In this document: positions 21,926 to 34,601 of the stretch, one piece after another
Layout of the letters: every line of letters starts with the position of its first letter
How positions within the stretch are numbered: the stretch's first letter is position 1
From: the human T2T-CHM13v2.0 reference genome, Homo sapiens
DNA: 64,000 nucleotides
Direction: 5' to 3' (one strand)
NCBI RefSeq assembly: GCF_009914755.1
Contig: NC_060936.1
The notes under the pieces: generated by a model
What the model was told of the DNA's origin: nothing
Database searches by the model: none
Seen by the model: the letters and a program-made list of their open reading frames with translations, nothing else
Program-made: the position numbers and the translations under genes

Positions 21926-24900
21926 TGGGTGGGGTGGCTGGCAAGATGGCCAAATAGGAACAACTCCCGTCTGCAGCTCCCAGCAAGATCAACACAGAAG
22001 GTGGGTGATTTCTGCATTTCCAACTTAGGTACATGGCTCATCTCATTGGGACTGGTTAGATAGTGGATGCAGCCCACGGAGGGCGAGCCAAAGCACAGTG
22101 GGGCATCACCTCACCTAGGAAGCACAAGGGGTCAGAGAACTGCCTCCCCTAACCAAGGAAAGTTGTGAGGGACTGTGCCATGAGGAACGGTGTGTTCCAT
22201 CCCCAGAAACTAGGTTTTTCCATGGTCTTTGCAACCCACAGACCAGGAGATTCCCTCGGTGCCTGTATCACTAGGGCCCTGGGTTTCAAGCACAAAATTG
22301 GGTGGCAGTTTGGGCAGACACGAAGCTGCTCCAGGAGTTTTTTTTGTACCCCAGTGGCGCCTGGAATGCCAGTGAGACAGAACCGTTCTCTCCCATGGAA
22401 AGGGGAGTGAAGCCAGAGAACCAAGTGGTTTAGCTCAGTGGATCACACCCCCATAGAGCCCAGCAAGCTAAGATCCAGTGGCTTGAAATGCTCGCTGCCA
22501 GCACAGCAGTCTGAAGTTGATCTGGGACTGTCCAGCTTGCTGGGAGGAGGGGCATCCGCCATTACTGAAGCTTGAGTAGGCAATATTCCCCTCACAGTGT
22601 AAACAAAGCTCCTGGGAAGTTTGAACTGGGCAGAGCCTGCTACAGCTTGGCAAAGCCGCTGTAGCCAGACTGCCTCTCTGGATTCTTCCTCTCTGGACAG
22701 GGCATTTCTGAAAGAAAGGCAGAAGCCCCAGTCAGGGGCTTATAGATAATACTCCCATCTCCCTGGGACAGAGCACCTGGGGGAAGGGGCGGTTGTGGGC
22801 ACAGCTTCAGCAGACTTAAACGTTCCTGCCTGCCACCCCTGAAGAGAGCAGTGGATCTCCCAGCACAGCATTCAAGCTCTGCTAAGGGACAGATGGCCTC
22901 CTCAAGTAGGTCCCTGACCCCCATGCCTCCTGACTGGGAGACACCTCCCAACAGGTGTGAACAGACACCTTACACAAGAGAGCTCTGGCTGGCATCTGGC
23001 AGGTGCCCCTCTGGGACAAAGCTTCCAGTGGAAGGAACACACAGCAATCTTTGCTGTTCTGCAGCCTCCGCTGGTGATACCCAGGCAAACAGGGCCTGGA
23101 GTGGACCTCTAACAGACTCCAGCAGACCTGCAGCAGAGGGGCCTGACTCTTAGAAGGAAAACTAACAAACAGAAAGGAACAGCAACAACATCAACAAAAA
23201 GGATGTCCACACAAAAACCCCATACTAAGGTCACCAGCTTCAAAGACCAAAGGTAGATAAATCCACAAAGATAAGGAAAAACCAGCGCAAAAAGGCTGAA
23301 AATTCCAAAAACTAGAACATCTCTTCTCCTCCAAAAGATCACAACTTCTTGCCACCTAGGGAACAAAACTGGACAGAGAATGAGTTCGATGAATTGACAG
23401 AAGTAGGCTTCAAAAGGTGGGTAATAACAAACTCCTCCGAGCTAAAGGAGCATGTTCTAACCCAATGCAAGGAAGCTAAGAATCTTGAAAAAAGGTTAGA
23501 GGAATTGTTAACTAGAATAACCTGTTTAGAGAAGAACATAAATGACCTGATGGAGCTGAATAACACAACACAAGAACTTCATGAAGCATACGCAAGTATC
23601 GATAGCCAAATTGATCAAGCACAAGAAAGGATATCAGAGATTGAAGATCAACTTAATGAAATAAAGCATGAAGACAAGATTAGAGAAAAAAGAATGAAAA
23701 GGAATGAAAAAAGCCTCCAAGAAATATTGGACTATGTGAAAAGACCAAACCTACATTTGATTAGTGTACCTGAAAGTGACAGGGAGAATAGAACCAAGTT
23801 GGAAAACACTCTTCAGGATATTATACAGGAGAACTTCCCCCAACCTAGCAAGACAGGCCAACATTCAAATTCAGGAAATACAGAGATGACCACAAAGATA
23901 CTTCTCAAGGAGAGCAACCCCAAGACACATAATTGTCAGGTTCACCAAGGTTGAAATGAAGGAAAAAATGTTAAGGGCAGCCAGAGAAAAAGGTGGAGTT
24001 ACCCACAAAGGGAAGCCCATCAGACTAACAGTAGATCTCTCTGGAGAAACCCTACAAGCCAGAAGAGAGTGGGGGCCAATATTCAACATTCTTAAAGAAA
24101 AGAGTTTTTAACCCAGAGTTTCCTATCAGCCACACTAAGCTTCATAAGCTAAGGAGGAATAAAATTCTTTATAGAAAAGCGAATGCTGGGAGATTTGTCA
24201 CCACCAGACCTGCCTTACAAGAGCTCCTGAAGGATGCTCTAAATATGGAAAGGAAAAACCAGTACCAGCCACTGCAAAAACATAACAAATTGTAAAGACA
24301 ATCAACACTATGAAGAAACTGCATCAACTAACAGGCAAAATAACCAGCTAGCATTATAATGACCTGATCAAATTCACAGATAACAATATTAACCTTGAAT
24401 GTAAATGGGCTAAATGCCCCAATTAAAAGACACAGACTAGCAAATTGGATAAAGAGTCAAGACCCATCAGTGTGCTGTATTCAGGAGACCCATCTCACGT
24501 GCAAAGACACATATAGGCTCAAAAATAAAGGGATGGAGGAATATTCACCGAGAAAATGGAAAGCAAAAAAAAGCAGGCGTTGCAATCTTAGTCTCTGATA
24601 AAACAGACTTTAAACCAACAAGGATAAAAAAAGACAAAGAAGAACATTACATAATGGTAAAGGGATCAATGCAACAAGTGGTAACTATCCTAAATATATA
24701 TGCACCCAATAGAGGAGCATCCAGATTCATAAAGCAAGTTCTTAGAGATATACAAAGAGATTTAGACTCCCCTACAATAATAGTGGGAGTCTTTAACACT
24801 CCACTGTCATTAGACAGATCAACAAGACAGAAAATTAACAAGGATATCCAGGGCTTGAACTCAGCTTTGGACCAAGCAGACCTAATAGACATCTACAGAA

Positions 24901-26302
24901 CTCTCCACCCCAAATCAACAGAATATACATTTTTCTCAGCAGCACATCTCACTTATTCTAAAATTGACCACATAATTGGAAGTAAAACACTCCTTAGCAA
25001 ATGCAAAAGAATGGAAATCATAACAAACAGTCTCTCAGACAACAGTGCAATCAAATTAGAACTCAAGATTAAGAAACCCACTCAAAACCATGCAACTATG
25101 TGGATACTGAACTACCTGCTTCTGAATGACTACTGAGTAAATAAAGAAATTAAGGCAGAAATAAATAAGCTCTTTGAAACCAGTGAGAACAAAGACACAA
25201 ATACCAGAATCTCTGGGAAACAGCAAAAGCAGCATTTAGAGGGAAATTTATAGCACTAAAATGCCCACAGGAGAAAGCAGGAAAGATCTAAAATTGACAA
25301 CCTAACATCACAATTAAAAGAACTAGAGAAGCAAGAGCAAACAAATTCAAGAGCTGGCAGAAGAGAAGAAATAATTAAGATCAGAGCAGAACTGAAGGAG
25401 ACAGAGACATGAAAAACCTTTCAAAAAATCAATGAATCCAGGAGCTGGTTTTTTTAAAAGATTAACAAAATAGACCACTAGCCAAACTAATAAAGAAGAA
25501 AAGTGAGACGAATCAAATAGGCACAATAAAAAATGATAAATGGACTATCACCACTGATCCCACAGAAATACTAATTACCATCAGAGAATACTATAAACAC
25601 CTCTATGGAAATAAAATCTAGAAAATCTAGAAGAAATGGAGAAATTCCTGGACACATGCACCCTCCCAAGACTAAACCAGGAAAACAGTCAAATCCCTGA
25701 ATAGAACAATAACAAGTTCTGAAATTGAGGCAGTAGTAGCCTACCAACCAGAAAAACAAAACAAAACAAAAAAAAACAAAAAACCCAAGACCAGACAGAT
25801 TCACAGCTGAATTCTACCAGAGGTATAAAGAGAAGCTGGTAACGTGCCTTCTGAAACTATTCCAAACAATAGAAAAAGAGGGACTCCTCCCTAACTCATT
25901 TAATGAGGCCAGCATCATCCTGATAGCAAAACCTGGCAGAGACACAACAAAAAAAGAAAATTGCAGGCCAATATCCCTGATGAACATTGATGCGAAAATC
26001 CTCAATAAAAGAATGGCAAACCAAATCCAGCAGCACATCAAAAAGCTTATCCACCATGATCAAGTTGGCTTCATCTCTGGAATGCAAGACTGGTTCGACA
26101 TACAGAAAGAAATAAATGTAATCCATCAAATAAACAGAAGCAATGACAAGAACCACATGATTATCTCAATAGATGCAGAAAAGGCCTTTGATAAAATTCA
26201 ACAACCCTTCATGCTAAAACCGCTTAATAAACTACGTATTGATGGAACGTATCTCAAAATAATAAGAGCTATTTATGACAAACCCATAGTCAATATCATA
26301 CT
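21926..26302 (+). mobile_element. LINE-1 (L1PA7/8-like): intact 5' end, ORF1 and first half of ORF2; truncated at the 3' side within RT
   Basis: GGGGTGGCTGGCAAGATGGCCAAATAGGAAC 5' UTR after a TT/AAAG target site; ORF1 peptide (ORF 23349-23954); EN peptides NVNGLNAPIKRHRL and YSKIDHIIGSK; RT peptide [13 protein letters not shown]; ends abruptly at AATATCATACT. Confidence 0.95.
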
Positions 26303-26351
26303 CACAAGGGGTTTATTGGGAGGTCACCCATCATAAGTTGTGGAGCATCTG
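26303..26351 (-). mobile_element. MER47A, piece 3 of 3 (terminal 49 bp)
   Basis: CACAAGGGGTTTATTGGGAGGTCACCCATCATAAGTTGTGGAGCATCTG|TA is the missing end of the element, with the TA target-site copy at 26352-26353. Confidence 0.8.
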
Positions 26352-26353
26352 TA

Positions 26354-26520
26354 TTGTTCAGTGCCAGAGACTGCTCCAAGCTTTCCTCCCTTAAACTATA
26401 AAATTATTATAATTCTATGTAAAAGGTGAAAAACTAAAAATCAAAAACATTTGGCAATTTGCCTAGAGTAGTAAGTGGCAGAATGGAAATTAACTGAATT
26501 TGGGACTCCCTAAATCCTTA
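26354..26520 (-). mobile_element. MIR (host of MER47A; its other tip lies at ~8530-8555)
   Basis: GTGCCAGAGACTGCTCCAAGC...GGTGAAAAACTAA...AATTTGCCTAGAGTAGTAAGTGGCAGAA matches antisense MIR. Confidence 0.6.
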
Positions 26521-27394
26521 AGTAACCATTCATATAGAAAGCATGAAGGTCTAAAACAGAAGAATAAAAAGTAAAAATCAATTCATCTCTCTCAGTATGA
26601 CAATCATCATTTTTAGTAAACATTTTAAGCATCAGAATCACCACTCATTGTCCATCTGTACATTTTTTTCTTCTTCAAAAATATTTTTGGTTTGTGTTGT
26701 AGCTGCTGCCTCACTAAGTACAGTATATTTATTTCAGATCTTAGAAAACTCTTTTTTTTTCTGGAATAATCAACAACGTGAAAATTCTTATTTAAAATAG
26801 AATTAAAGCACTCTAGAAGCAAGGGACACAACAATTAGTCTCTATAGCAACTGGATATTATACAAGGAAAACGGTGAGCATGAAGGAGAATTTGGGAAGA
26901 GGTAAGAACAATTCATGTGAATTGTGAAGAGTCCTACAAGAAAGCCAGATTGTTCCCTGGGGTCTCTTTGAGGGCAGGGAGAGAGAATGAAAATACAGAT
27001 AATGAGGATGACTCTTGGCAGGTAAATGTTTGTAAAAGTAATGTCATTGTTTATAAAAGTAATGTCATAATGGAAAGGCTGCAGAGGTGAGGGGTTAAAT
27101 CCAGGAAGGGAGGTGAATGGAAACTTGAAATTTGGAAATTTTGAATAGTTTGATCTTAGCACAAACCATTTACAATAACTTTCAATATAAAAATTGAAAC
27201 ATGATATATAAGTATATGACTATTTTTCAGCATATGCTATGCATTATAATTTGGAAGAAGGCCTAGATCTCTATGTAATAGTAGAATCTCGCCTATAACT
27301 ATGTCTAACATGAGAGGCAGAAGGTTTAATAAAATATTTTTAAATTGCCATTAGTCCTGCCTTCACTCATTTAGTTTCAATGAATGACATTTCT

Positions 27395-27625
27395 AGTTTA
27401 AAAAAATAGCATATGAAAATTTCCTCCAATGAAATACCATATTTAGTCCATAATATAAGATAAAATTTAAAAGATTTATGAAACCCAATTTTGGCAATGA
27501 TGCAGGGAAATGAGTACTCACATACATCATAAATTGTCGGTAGGAGTATCTTTCAGCTTAGCAACACTTAAATGGTGTATGGTTTTTAACTCAGCACTTT
27601 CATACCAGAGAAATATTTGCACTTA
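27395..27625 (+). mobile_element. L1ME fragment (ORF2 end), broken at ~27625-27636
   Basis: CATATGAAAA...CAATGAAATACCAT...ACCCAATTTTGGCAATGATGCAGGGAAATGAGTACTCACATACA...AGAAATATTTGCAC. Confidence 0.7.
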
Positions 27626-27943
27626 TGTAGTACAAGGATCCTTAAAAGAGGAAAGAGAGAGGCAGAAGAGTGAGAGTCTGAGAAGAATATGTGACTGTGC
27701 AAGTAGATGATGGGATCACCGTTCACTTTGAAGTATGGGGCAAGGAATGCAGGCATTCTCTAGAAGCTGGAAAAGACAAGGAAAGGAAAACTCCCCTAGA
27801 GCCTCCAGAGGGCACAGCTCATTCTTTATTATTTCAGCCCAGTGAGATCTATGTTCAATTTCTGACCTCAATATTCTAAGAAAATAAATTTGTGCTGTTT
27901 TAAGCCTTACATTTGTGGTAATTTGTTATAGCAGAAATAGGAA
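27625..27943 (+). mobile_element. MLT1D-like MaLR LTR lacking its 5' end
   Basis: CAAGGATCCTTAAAAGAGG...CAAGGAATGCAGGCATTCTCTAGAAGCTGGAAAAGACAAGGAAA...CTCCCCTAGAGCCTCCAGA...AATAAATTTGTGCTGTTTTAAGCC...TTTGTGGTAATTTGTTATAGCAG. Confidence 0.85.
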
Positions 27944-27969
27944 TGTTGTGATTTTTAGTGTGCAAGAGA

Positions 27970-29225
27970 TGTGATGTAATCTAATTGCCAATATATGGTT
28001 GGCTGCTTTCCTCAAAGCATGTTACCCCATTTGGGGTTCAGTTTCACTTTCTGTTCCTGGAAGATCAGACCTGCACTGGAAGCAATAGTTAGGCCAGTGC
28101 TGGTGAGAGGGAGCCCAAGCTGTTGAGTCAACGAATAGCCTCTGTCTCTACCATAATGAGAACAATATTCATGAACCTATTTTGCTAGCATTAAGATGGC
28201 TGAGGACAGAATCCAGCTGACATCAGCTAGTGAAGTCATTCTCTCCACTTGGTTGCTTAGTGCCTCTTCTACAATGGCATTAAGAAGTAGTATAGTGATG
28301 CTAATACTTTCTGTTCATTTCCATAAGTCCATACACATTTTTCCCCTCCTTGAACTTCTGATTTCACTCATTATAGGCTCTTCAACAGGGAGCTAAGTTA
28401 TTTATTGCTCATGAGTTTATGTATACCCTTACTTAAGGCTGCTTCTCTCTCCACATTAAGTGAATGACCAGATGTACTTTCCAATACTCTCCCAGTTGAT
28501 AGGATTTTCCTCCATCACTATCTTCCAGGACCATCCTTGCCTGGAACTTTGTTGCAGAAAAACAAAATTCCATCTTACAAACATATTTTAAGTTGGCCCT
28601 TTCATGAGCTCAGTTTGGGCCTTTTCTTCCTCTCGCAGCTGATAGCTCATGAAGCCACAGGAATGAGTCGAAAGAGTGGTGTCATACAGTTGGCATAAAT
28701 ACGTGGGTCATCTTTTTGTGAAGATTACTGTAATCTCTAGCATGTTCAATTCCAATCCTTCATGTATAATAGCCATCTTATGATAAATTGCTGATTAGCC
28801 TACCTCACCTTGTATCTTGGTTGGTCTTATAGTAGTCAGTACATGAAGGTTACTTGAGTTTCCATAGTCAGACATTTTTTTTTTTATCATGGCATTGTAG
28901 CATGTCATGAGCTGCTTTTCAAATGATACATAAGTTCTTTTCTGCAGATGGCAAGGCCTAGTTCCATAATCTCAGAGGTCTGTGCTGTGATTCTCCTACT
29001 AGGCTTGCCAGGGGCTCCATTTGGTATTTTTGTTTCCCACAGATGCCGCTAACCATGGCACTGCCAGGTTATATGCCTTATGTGGCATAGCTCCTCATAT
29101 CTGTTAAAGTGGTCTTTCTTCCCTGGCCTCACTCAAAGTGAGCAGTTCCACATCTTTCCCAATACATGTGTCAATGCAATATTTACAAGTTCAAAATATG
29201 CTATCCACCAATGGATGTCAATATC
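27970..29225 (-). mobile_element. Decayed ERVL-class (HERV16/ERV3-16-like) pol: RT connection, RNase H and integrase start
   Basis: Minus-strand translation gives DLWK*TESISI...EEALSNQVERMT (~28235-28330) and YWQLDYI (27973-27993, first catalytic Asp of integrase). Confidence 0.75.
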
Positions 29226-29229
29226 AAAG

Positions 29230-29880
29230 GGCAAAATTTTGAAGAGAAACAGTATGTTGGCATAACCTCGAAGTAGCTTTCCAAAGATATTTATCAATTA
29301 TAAAGAGAATGTAGTAACTTTATAGTGGTGAAACTCAGCAGATACCACCTATACCAGATAATCAAGGTTAACACACTAGCAATGCGGCACATCAAAATAT
29401 TGTGCTCCCTGGTATAGCGTACTGACAAAAAGACAACACTTCTGTGGTATCCTTGCCAAAAAATGCATAATCTCCGTATGATCATGACAAAACATCAGAC
29501 AAATCCAAATATTCAACAAAATGACTTATTAGAGCTCATCAAAAGTGTCAAGGCCATGAAAGATAACAAAACATTTACAAACTATTAGTGATTGAAGGAG
29601 ACAAAGGAGTCACAATAATTAAATGCATTATGAGCTCTTAAATTTGATTCTAAAAGGGTAAAAGAAACGTTAGGCAGAAAACTGATGAAATTCAAGTAAG
29701 GCTTATGGTTTACTAAATTTATTTAGCATTCTACCAATTTTCTGGTTTTGATAATTATACAATGGTTGTGTAAGTTAACATAAGGGTGTCAGGGTATAGG
29801 TTATATGTGAACTCTCTGTATGAGTGTTAACTTTTATGTAGATCTAAAAATATTTCAAAATACAATAGTGAAAATAAATT
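29230..29880 (+). mobile_element. L1MC4/5-like 3' end
   Basis: AGTAACTTTATAGTGGTGAAACTCAGCAGATACCACCT...CATCAGACAAATCCAAAT...AAAAGTGTCAAGGCCATGAAAGA. Confidence 0.8.
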
Positions 29881-29887
29881 AAACATT

Positions 29888-30367
29888 AAAAATGTAATTG
29901 GATTAAATATTCTATTTTTTATTCCAAAATGGATGAAAGAATCAGACCCAATTTATGTCGCTTTCCAGAAACACATTTTAAATGTAAGCTAAAAATAGGT
30001 TGAAGTTAAAATGATGTAATACTAAGCACAAGAAAGCTGATATAGCTAAATTAACATCACACAAAGTAGACTTTATGACCAAAAAATATTATTACTAGAG
30101 ACAAAAAGAGATATTTCATAATAATAAAAGTGTAAATTTTTCAAGAAGCTACAAAAACCTTAACTATGCAAGCACCTAATAAAAAAGCTTTAAAATAGGT
30201 AGAAAATCAAACAGAAAAAAGTCATAGTTGAAGATTTTAATAACCCTTTGTCAGTAATTTGTAGAAGAAATGGGTCAAAATACCAGTAAAGATACAACCC
30301 TATTAAACAATCGACCTAATTGACATTTTTAGAATACAATACCCAACAACTGAAGAATACATGCTTT
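29888..30367 (+). mobile_element. Old L1M ORF2 endonuclease-region relic
   Basis: AATGTAATTGGATTAAAT...AAAGTAGACTTT...GCACCTAAT...GACCTAATTGACATTTTTAGAA...AACTGAAGAATACA. Confidence 0.7.
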
Positions 30368-32249
30368 GTTAAAATTAGGAAGAAAATCCTAAGATGGAGA
30401 AAATTTTAAGAGGCTGACAATGTAGAGCTTTCATATTAAGGTAACAAATTAATATTTAACGTGAAGGGCAATGAAAAGACAAAGAAGAATTTTAGCAGGG
30501 AAGTGGATGATATAAAACTGACAATAAATTTTATATTGTTGATTTGCCAAAATTTATACCAAATGTCATCAGGAGAGTGCTAAGCAAAACATTTAAATAG
30601 GTTTAGGCCATGAAGAAGAAATTTCTAAAAATAAAATGAAACATAAAGATTATCAGAGCAAATAATTTTTAACATATAAAAATAAAATTTACAGAATGAA
30701 GAAAGGGGATGTTTTATAATACTTAGATATGCATTAGGCCTAACTAAGAATAAGCAACAACAGAAAAAGGAATTCTATCATAATGCCATTCCCAAAGCAT
30801 CCAAACACTCACACACACACAGTCACACCCACACACACCCCCACACACAGAGCTGAGTCAGCAGGAAGAATTTGTTCTGGTTCAGAATCTTTCAAGATAT
30901 TCGTGTAGGATTAAAGCGATTTTCTAGTTTCCTTGGTCTCTCTTGACCACAAAGTCCACGATTCAGTCACTCTATGATTTCTATCAAACGTTAGTCTTTG
31001 ATACAGGAAAGGAATGTAAAGATAGCATATTTTATTTTCAGCATTGTTATGTGCTTTGAGATTTCTCTTTTTAAGTACTAGATATTTCTACACCATCAGT
31101 CACAGGGAAAACCCTACAGGCTACTATGTAACCTAGAGGCACAGGTTTGGGCCAAGAACAGTTCAAAAATAAGAGCCGTTTGAACACAGAGATCTAACAA
31201 TGACAAGTTAAAGTTAGTTTTTTCACCCTTTTGGTCTCATAAATTTAAGGAAAGACCTAGATCACAGGAAACATTACTTCTTTCCTATAATTTTTCTTGC
31301 CTCTATTTTAGTCTCACAGTTTCTTGGGGCTACCCAAAGAAATCCATTTTCTGTCTTGCTTATCATGTGTCTGAAATCATCTTTTAACCTTTAGATTTCC
31401 AGGCTAAGAAAACTGACAAAGCAAAATCTAACCTGACTTGAAATGTAAATGTTGACCCAGTTTTCTCTTTTATCTTGTTCCCTTAGTACTGATTTGTGTG
31501 AAATGGGAACAGATGGTAATGTGTTACTTTTGGGAAAAAAAACACAACAAAAAAACCTTACCTCTAAAATGCCCCCCTTCACTCAATAACATATTGCCAT
31601 CAATAACTGTCTCATTTGCTTCATTTAATTACTTTGGTCCAGAATCCTTCGGCTATGCAAGTCAAATAAAAACTCAGAATAGATGGTATTATTCTGGAAG
31701 GAAAGTGAAGAAAGTTATGATAATATAAATTATTTTGATAGAAAAATTTAGAGACTGAAAGCTCTGTATCTCAGGCTGAAGGGCCGCTGAAGAGATGGTC
31801 TCAGGGGCAAGTTTCAAAATAAGCCATGAAATTAGTAACATATAACTTTGTATATTCAGCAGCCAACACAAAGCAGGCTTGAAGCAAATCGAGGACTGAA
31901 GAACAGATGAGAGCCTCAGTAGACTGAAGGTGTGCAAATGTTGGCTGACCAGCACAGACACCAGAGTGTGTTATTATGTGTATAAAACAGTTTACTGGAA
32001 AACAATCCTAACACTTCAAATTTGCAAATAGAACTGAAAAAAAAATAATTTTGAGCTGCAAAATAAAAGAGTTCTTTTGGAGTAAGAGATGAGTTCCCAC
32101 AGGGACTGACTAAAGACAACAATCAGCTGCTTCTATTTAAAGTCTCCCTGTGTGTATGATTTTCCCTCTAGAGAAAGGGCATGAAGAAATGCTTTAAAAC
32201 CTCCAGTTTCACAGTGATCACGCTGGGGTAGGAAATTGGGTTCTTTCCT

Positions 32250-32446
32250 TTATTTCCACTCTTCTTTCCTCCACCTTCTTTCCCTTCCTTTTTCCTTTCC
32301 TCCCTCTTTTTCTCCCTCCTCCCCTCCTTCACTTCTCTACTTTCTTTCTTCCTCCTTCCGTTCTTCCTTCCTTATCATCCCTCTTCCCCACCTTCTTCGT
32401 TCCCACCTCCCTTCCCTCCTTCCCTCCCACCTTCCTTCCTTCCCAC
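32250..32446. repeat. CT-rich polypyrimidine low-complexity tract
   Basis: ~200 bp almost entirely C/T. Confidence 0.9.
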
Positions 32447-32856
32447 CTTGAAGCTTATAAATAATCCCCTTGACAAAATATTAAACAGCAGTATCTCCCC
32501 CTGACCATTGGACATAATGGTCGTAAATTTTAGGTGATTTATGTCAATATGGATCATGGTGGAAACTGACTTCTCCCCAGCTGGTTCAGATGAAGTAGGT
32601 TTAAAGAAAGTACTACTCTCAAGAGTTCCTGAGGTTGGATCGCATGACAATGGTCCCAAGATTGAATTTTCAAAACTGTTTTTTTGCTGTAGAATGAACT
32701 GGCATTGTAGCAATGCAGTTGTATCAATCAGATCATCATTGACTCATCATTCTTCTGGCATAGTTTCAAAAACACCTTCTAACATAATGTGCTAATTTTA
32801 TTTAAGCTACTGAGAAAACTCTTAATGAATTATTACAAAAGACACTGGTTACACAG

Positions 32857-33095
32857 AGCATAGCATGATGTTTTAGCTATCAGGAGACCTGGGCTTGATC
32901 GCTCTAACCCTTCACAAGATATTGAACCTCAGGAAGGTCATCTAAACTTCTATGAGCCACAGTTTCCTTATTTATAAAATAGTAATAGCATTAGTTTTTC
33001 CCCCAAAGGGTATGAGTATAAAATTAGACAAAATATGTGAAAGTGCTATGAAAGCCACAAGACACTTTGCCTATACTAAGTATTGTTACTGTTTG
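32857..33095 (+). mobile_element. MIR
   Basis: GGAGACCTGGGCTTG...AAGGTCATCTAAACTTCTATGAGCCACAGTTTCCTTATTTATAAAAT...ATATGTGAAAGTGCT. Confidence 0.7.
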
Positions 33096-33129
33096 CCTAA
33101 TGGAGACAGAATTAGAATATTGATCTTAA

Positions 33130-33650
<521 letters not shown>

Positions 33651-34279
33651 TCTTCTATATACATGTCATATCTAGAAATCTATACCTAAAACAAATGACT
33701 CTTCTGCAAATATACGACAATACATTTTATATATGTTTTAAGTTCCCATTTTAGACTCTACCATAACTTACATTTTGTACTGCAAAATAAATATTTTCCA
33801 ACAAATTCTTTTGCGAAACTACTCAGGGGATCTCAAAAATTTAGACCAGAGAATTGAAATTACACTGGGATGGAGCTAAGCATTGGTTATATAAATTCAG
33901 TTCAGCTGGTCAGGAGATGAAGGCCATGTATTTTTCTGCTGTGTCTGCATTCTCCATTCTCCAGCCATCATAGCTAAAAAATTCTCTCCTATGTTTTCAC
34001 CTTTAAAAAAAATTATAGAAAGCTTTTCCTCTTAAGTTTTGTGTCTCTGATACATCACTTATTTGATATTTTTGAGAATCTGATTCTACTGTTTACGTTT
34101 CTAATGTTGATTTTAATCCTGCTGCTTTTAAAGGTTCTTATAACGTTTCTCTACCTCAAAAAATGTCAAGTTTTCTATCAGCATCTGCCAATTTTTCAGC
34201 TCCCTGTTCAGCTGACCCTTTTTATATTATCTCATTTTTATCTTTTGTAATCTACTATTTTAGAATGTTATTGAGAGCA

Positions 34280-34512
34280 TATGGCCATTGTTTTAAATTC
34301 TGCTGAGAGGTCAGACTCAGACTACCTGGGCTTACACTCCATCTTTGTCATTTACAAAGTCATACAACTGTGAGCATGTTACTAACTTTTTGTTTCAGTT
34401 TCCTCATCTGTAAAATGGGAATAATCTCATAATTTATGTGAATTATAAGATACACTGTATATTAAATGTTTAGAACTCTGTTAAGCAATAGCTCTCAATA
34501 AGTAACTATTAT
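34280..34512 (+). mobile_element. MIR
   Basis: TCAGACTACCTGGG...TTTCAGTTTCCTCATCTGTAAAATGGGAATAAT...CTCAATAAGT. Confidence 0.8.
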
Positions 34513-34601
34513 TTTCTTAAACTATCATTTTTCTAAAAAATTATTTTCCCTATAGTAATTACCTATAGCTCTAGATCTAAATATAGATTTAGAGATCTAG
34601 A

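Noticed and set aside
23349-26336. Functional L1 ORF1p/ORF2p
   Set aside because: The ORF1 start is mutated (ATA at ~23271), there are multiple frameshifts and stops, and the 3' half of ORF2 is missing.
27026-27070. 21-bp tandem duplication (TGTTT[G/A]TAAAAGTAATGTCAT x2)
   Set aside because: An ordinary slippage duplication with no sign of function.
32236-32795. Overlapping ORFs suggesting an exon
   Set aside because: They are driven partly by the CT-rich tract; no recognisable protein similarity or convincing splice-site pair.
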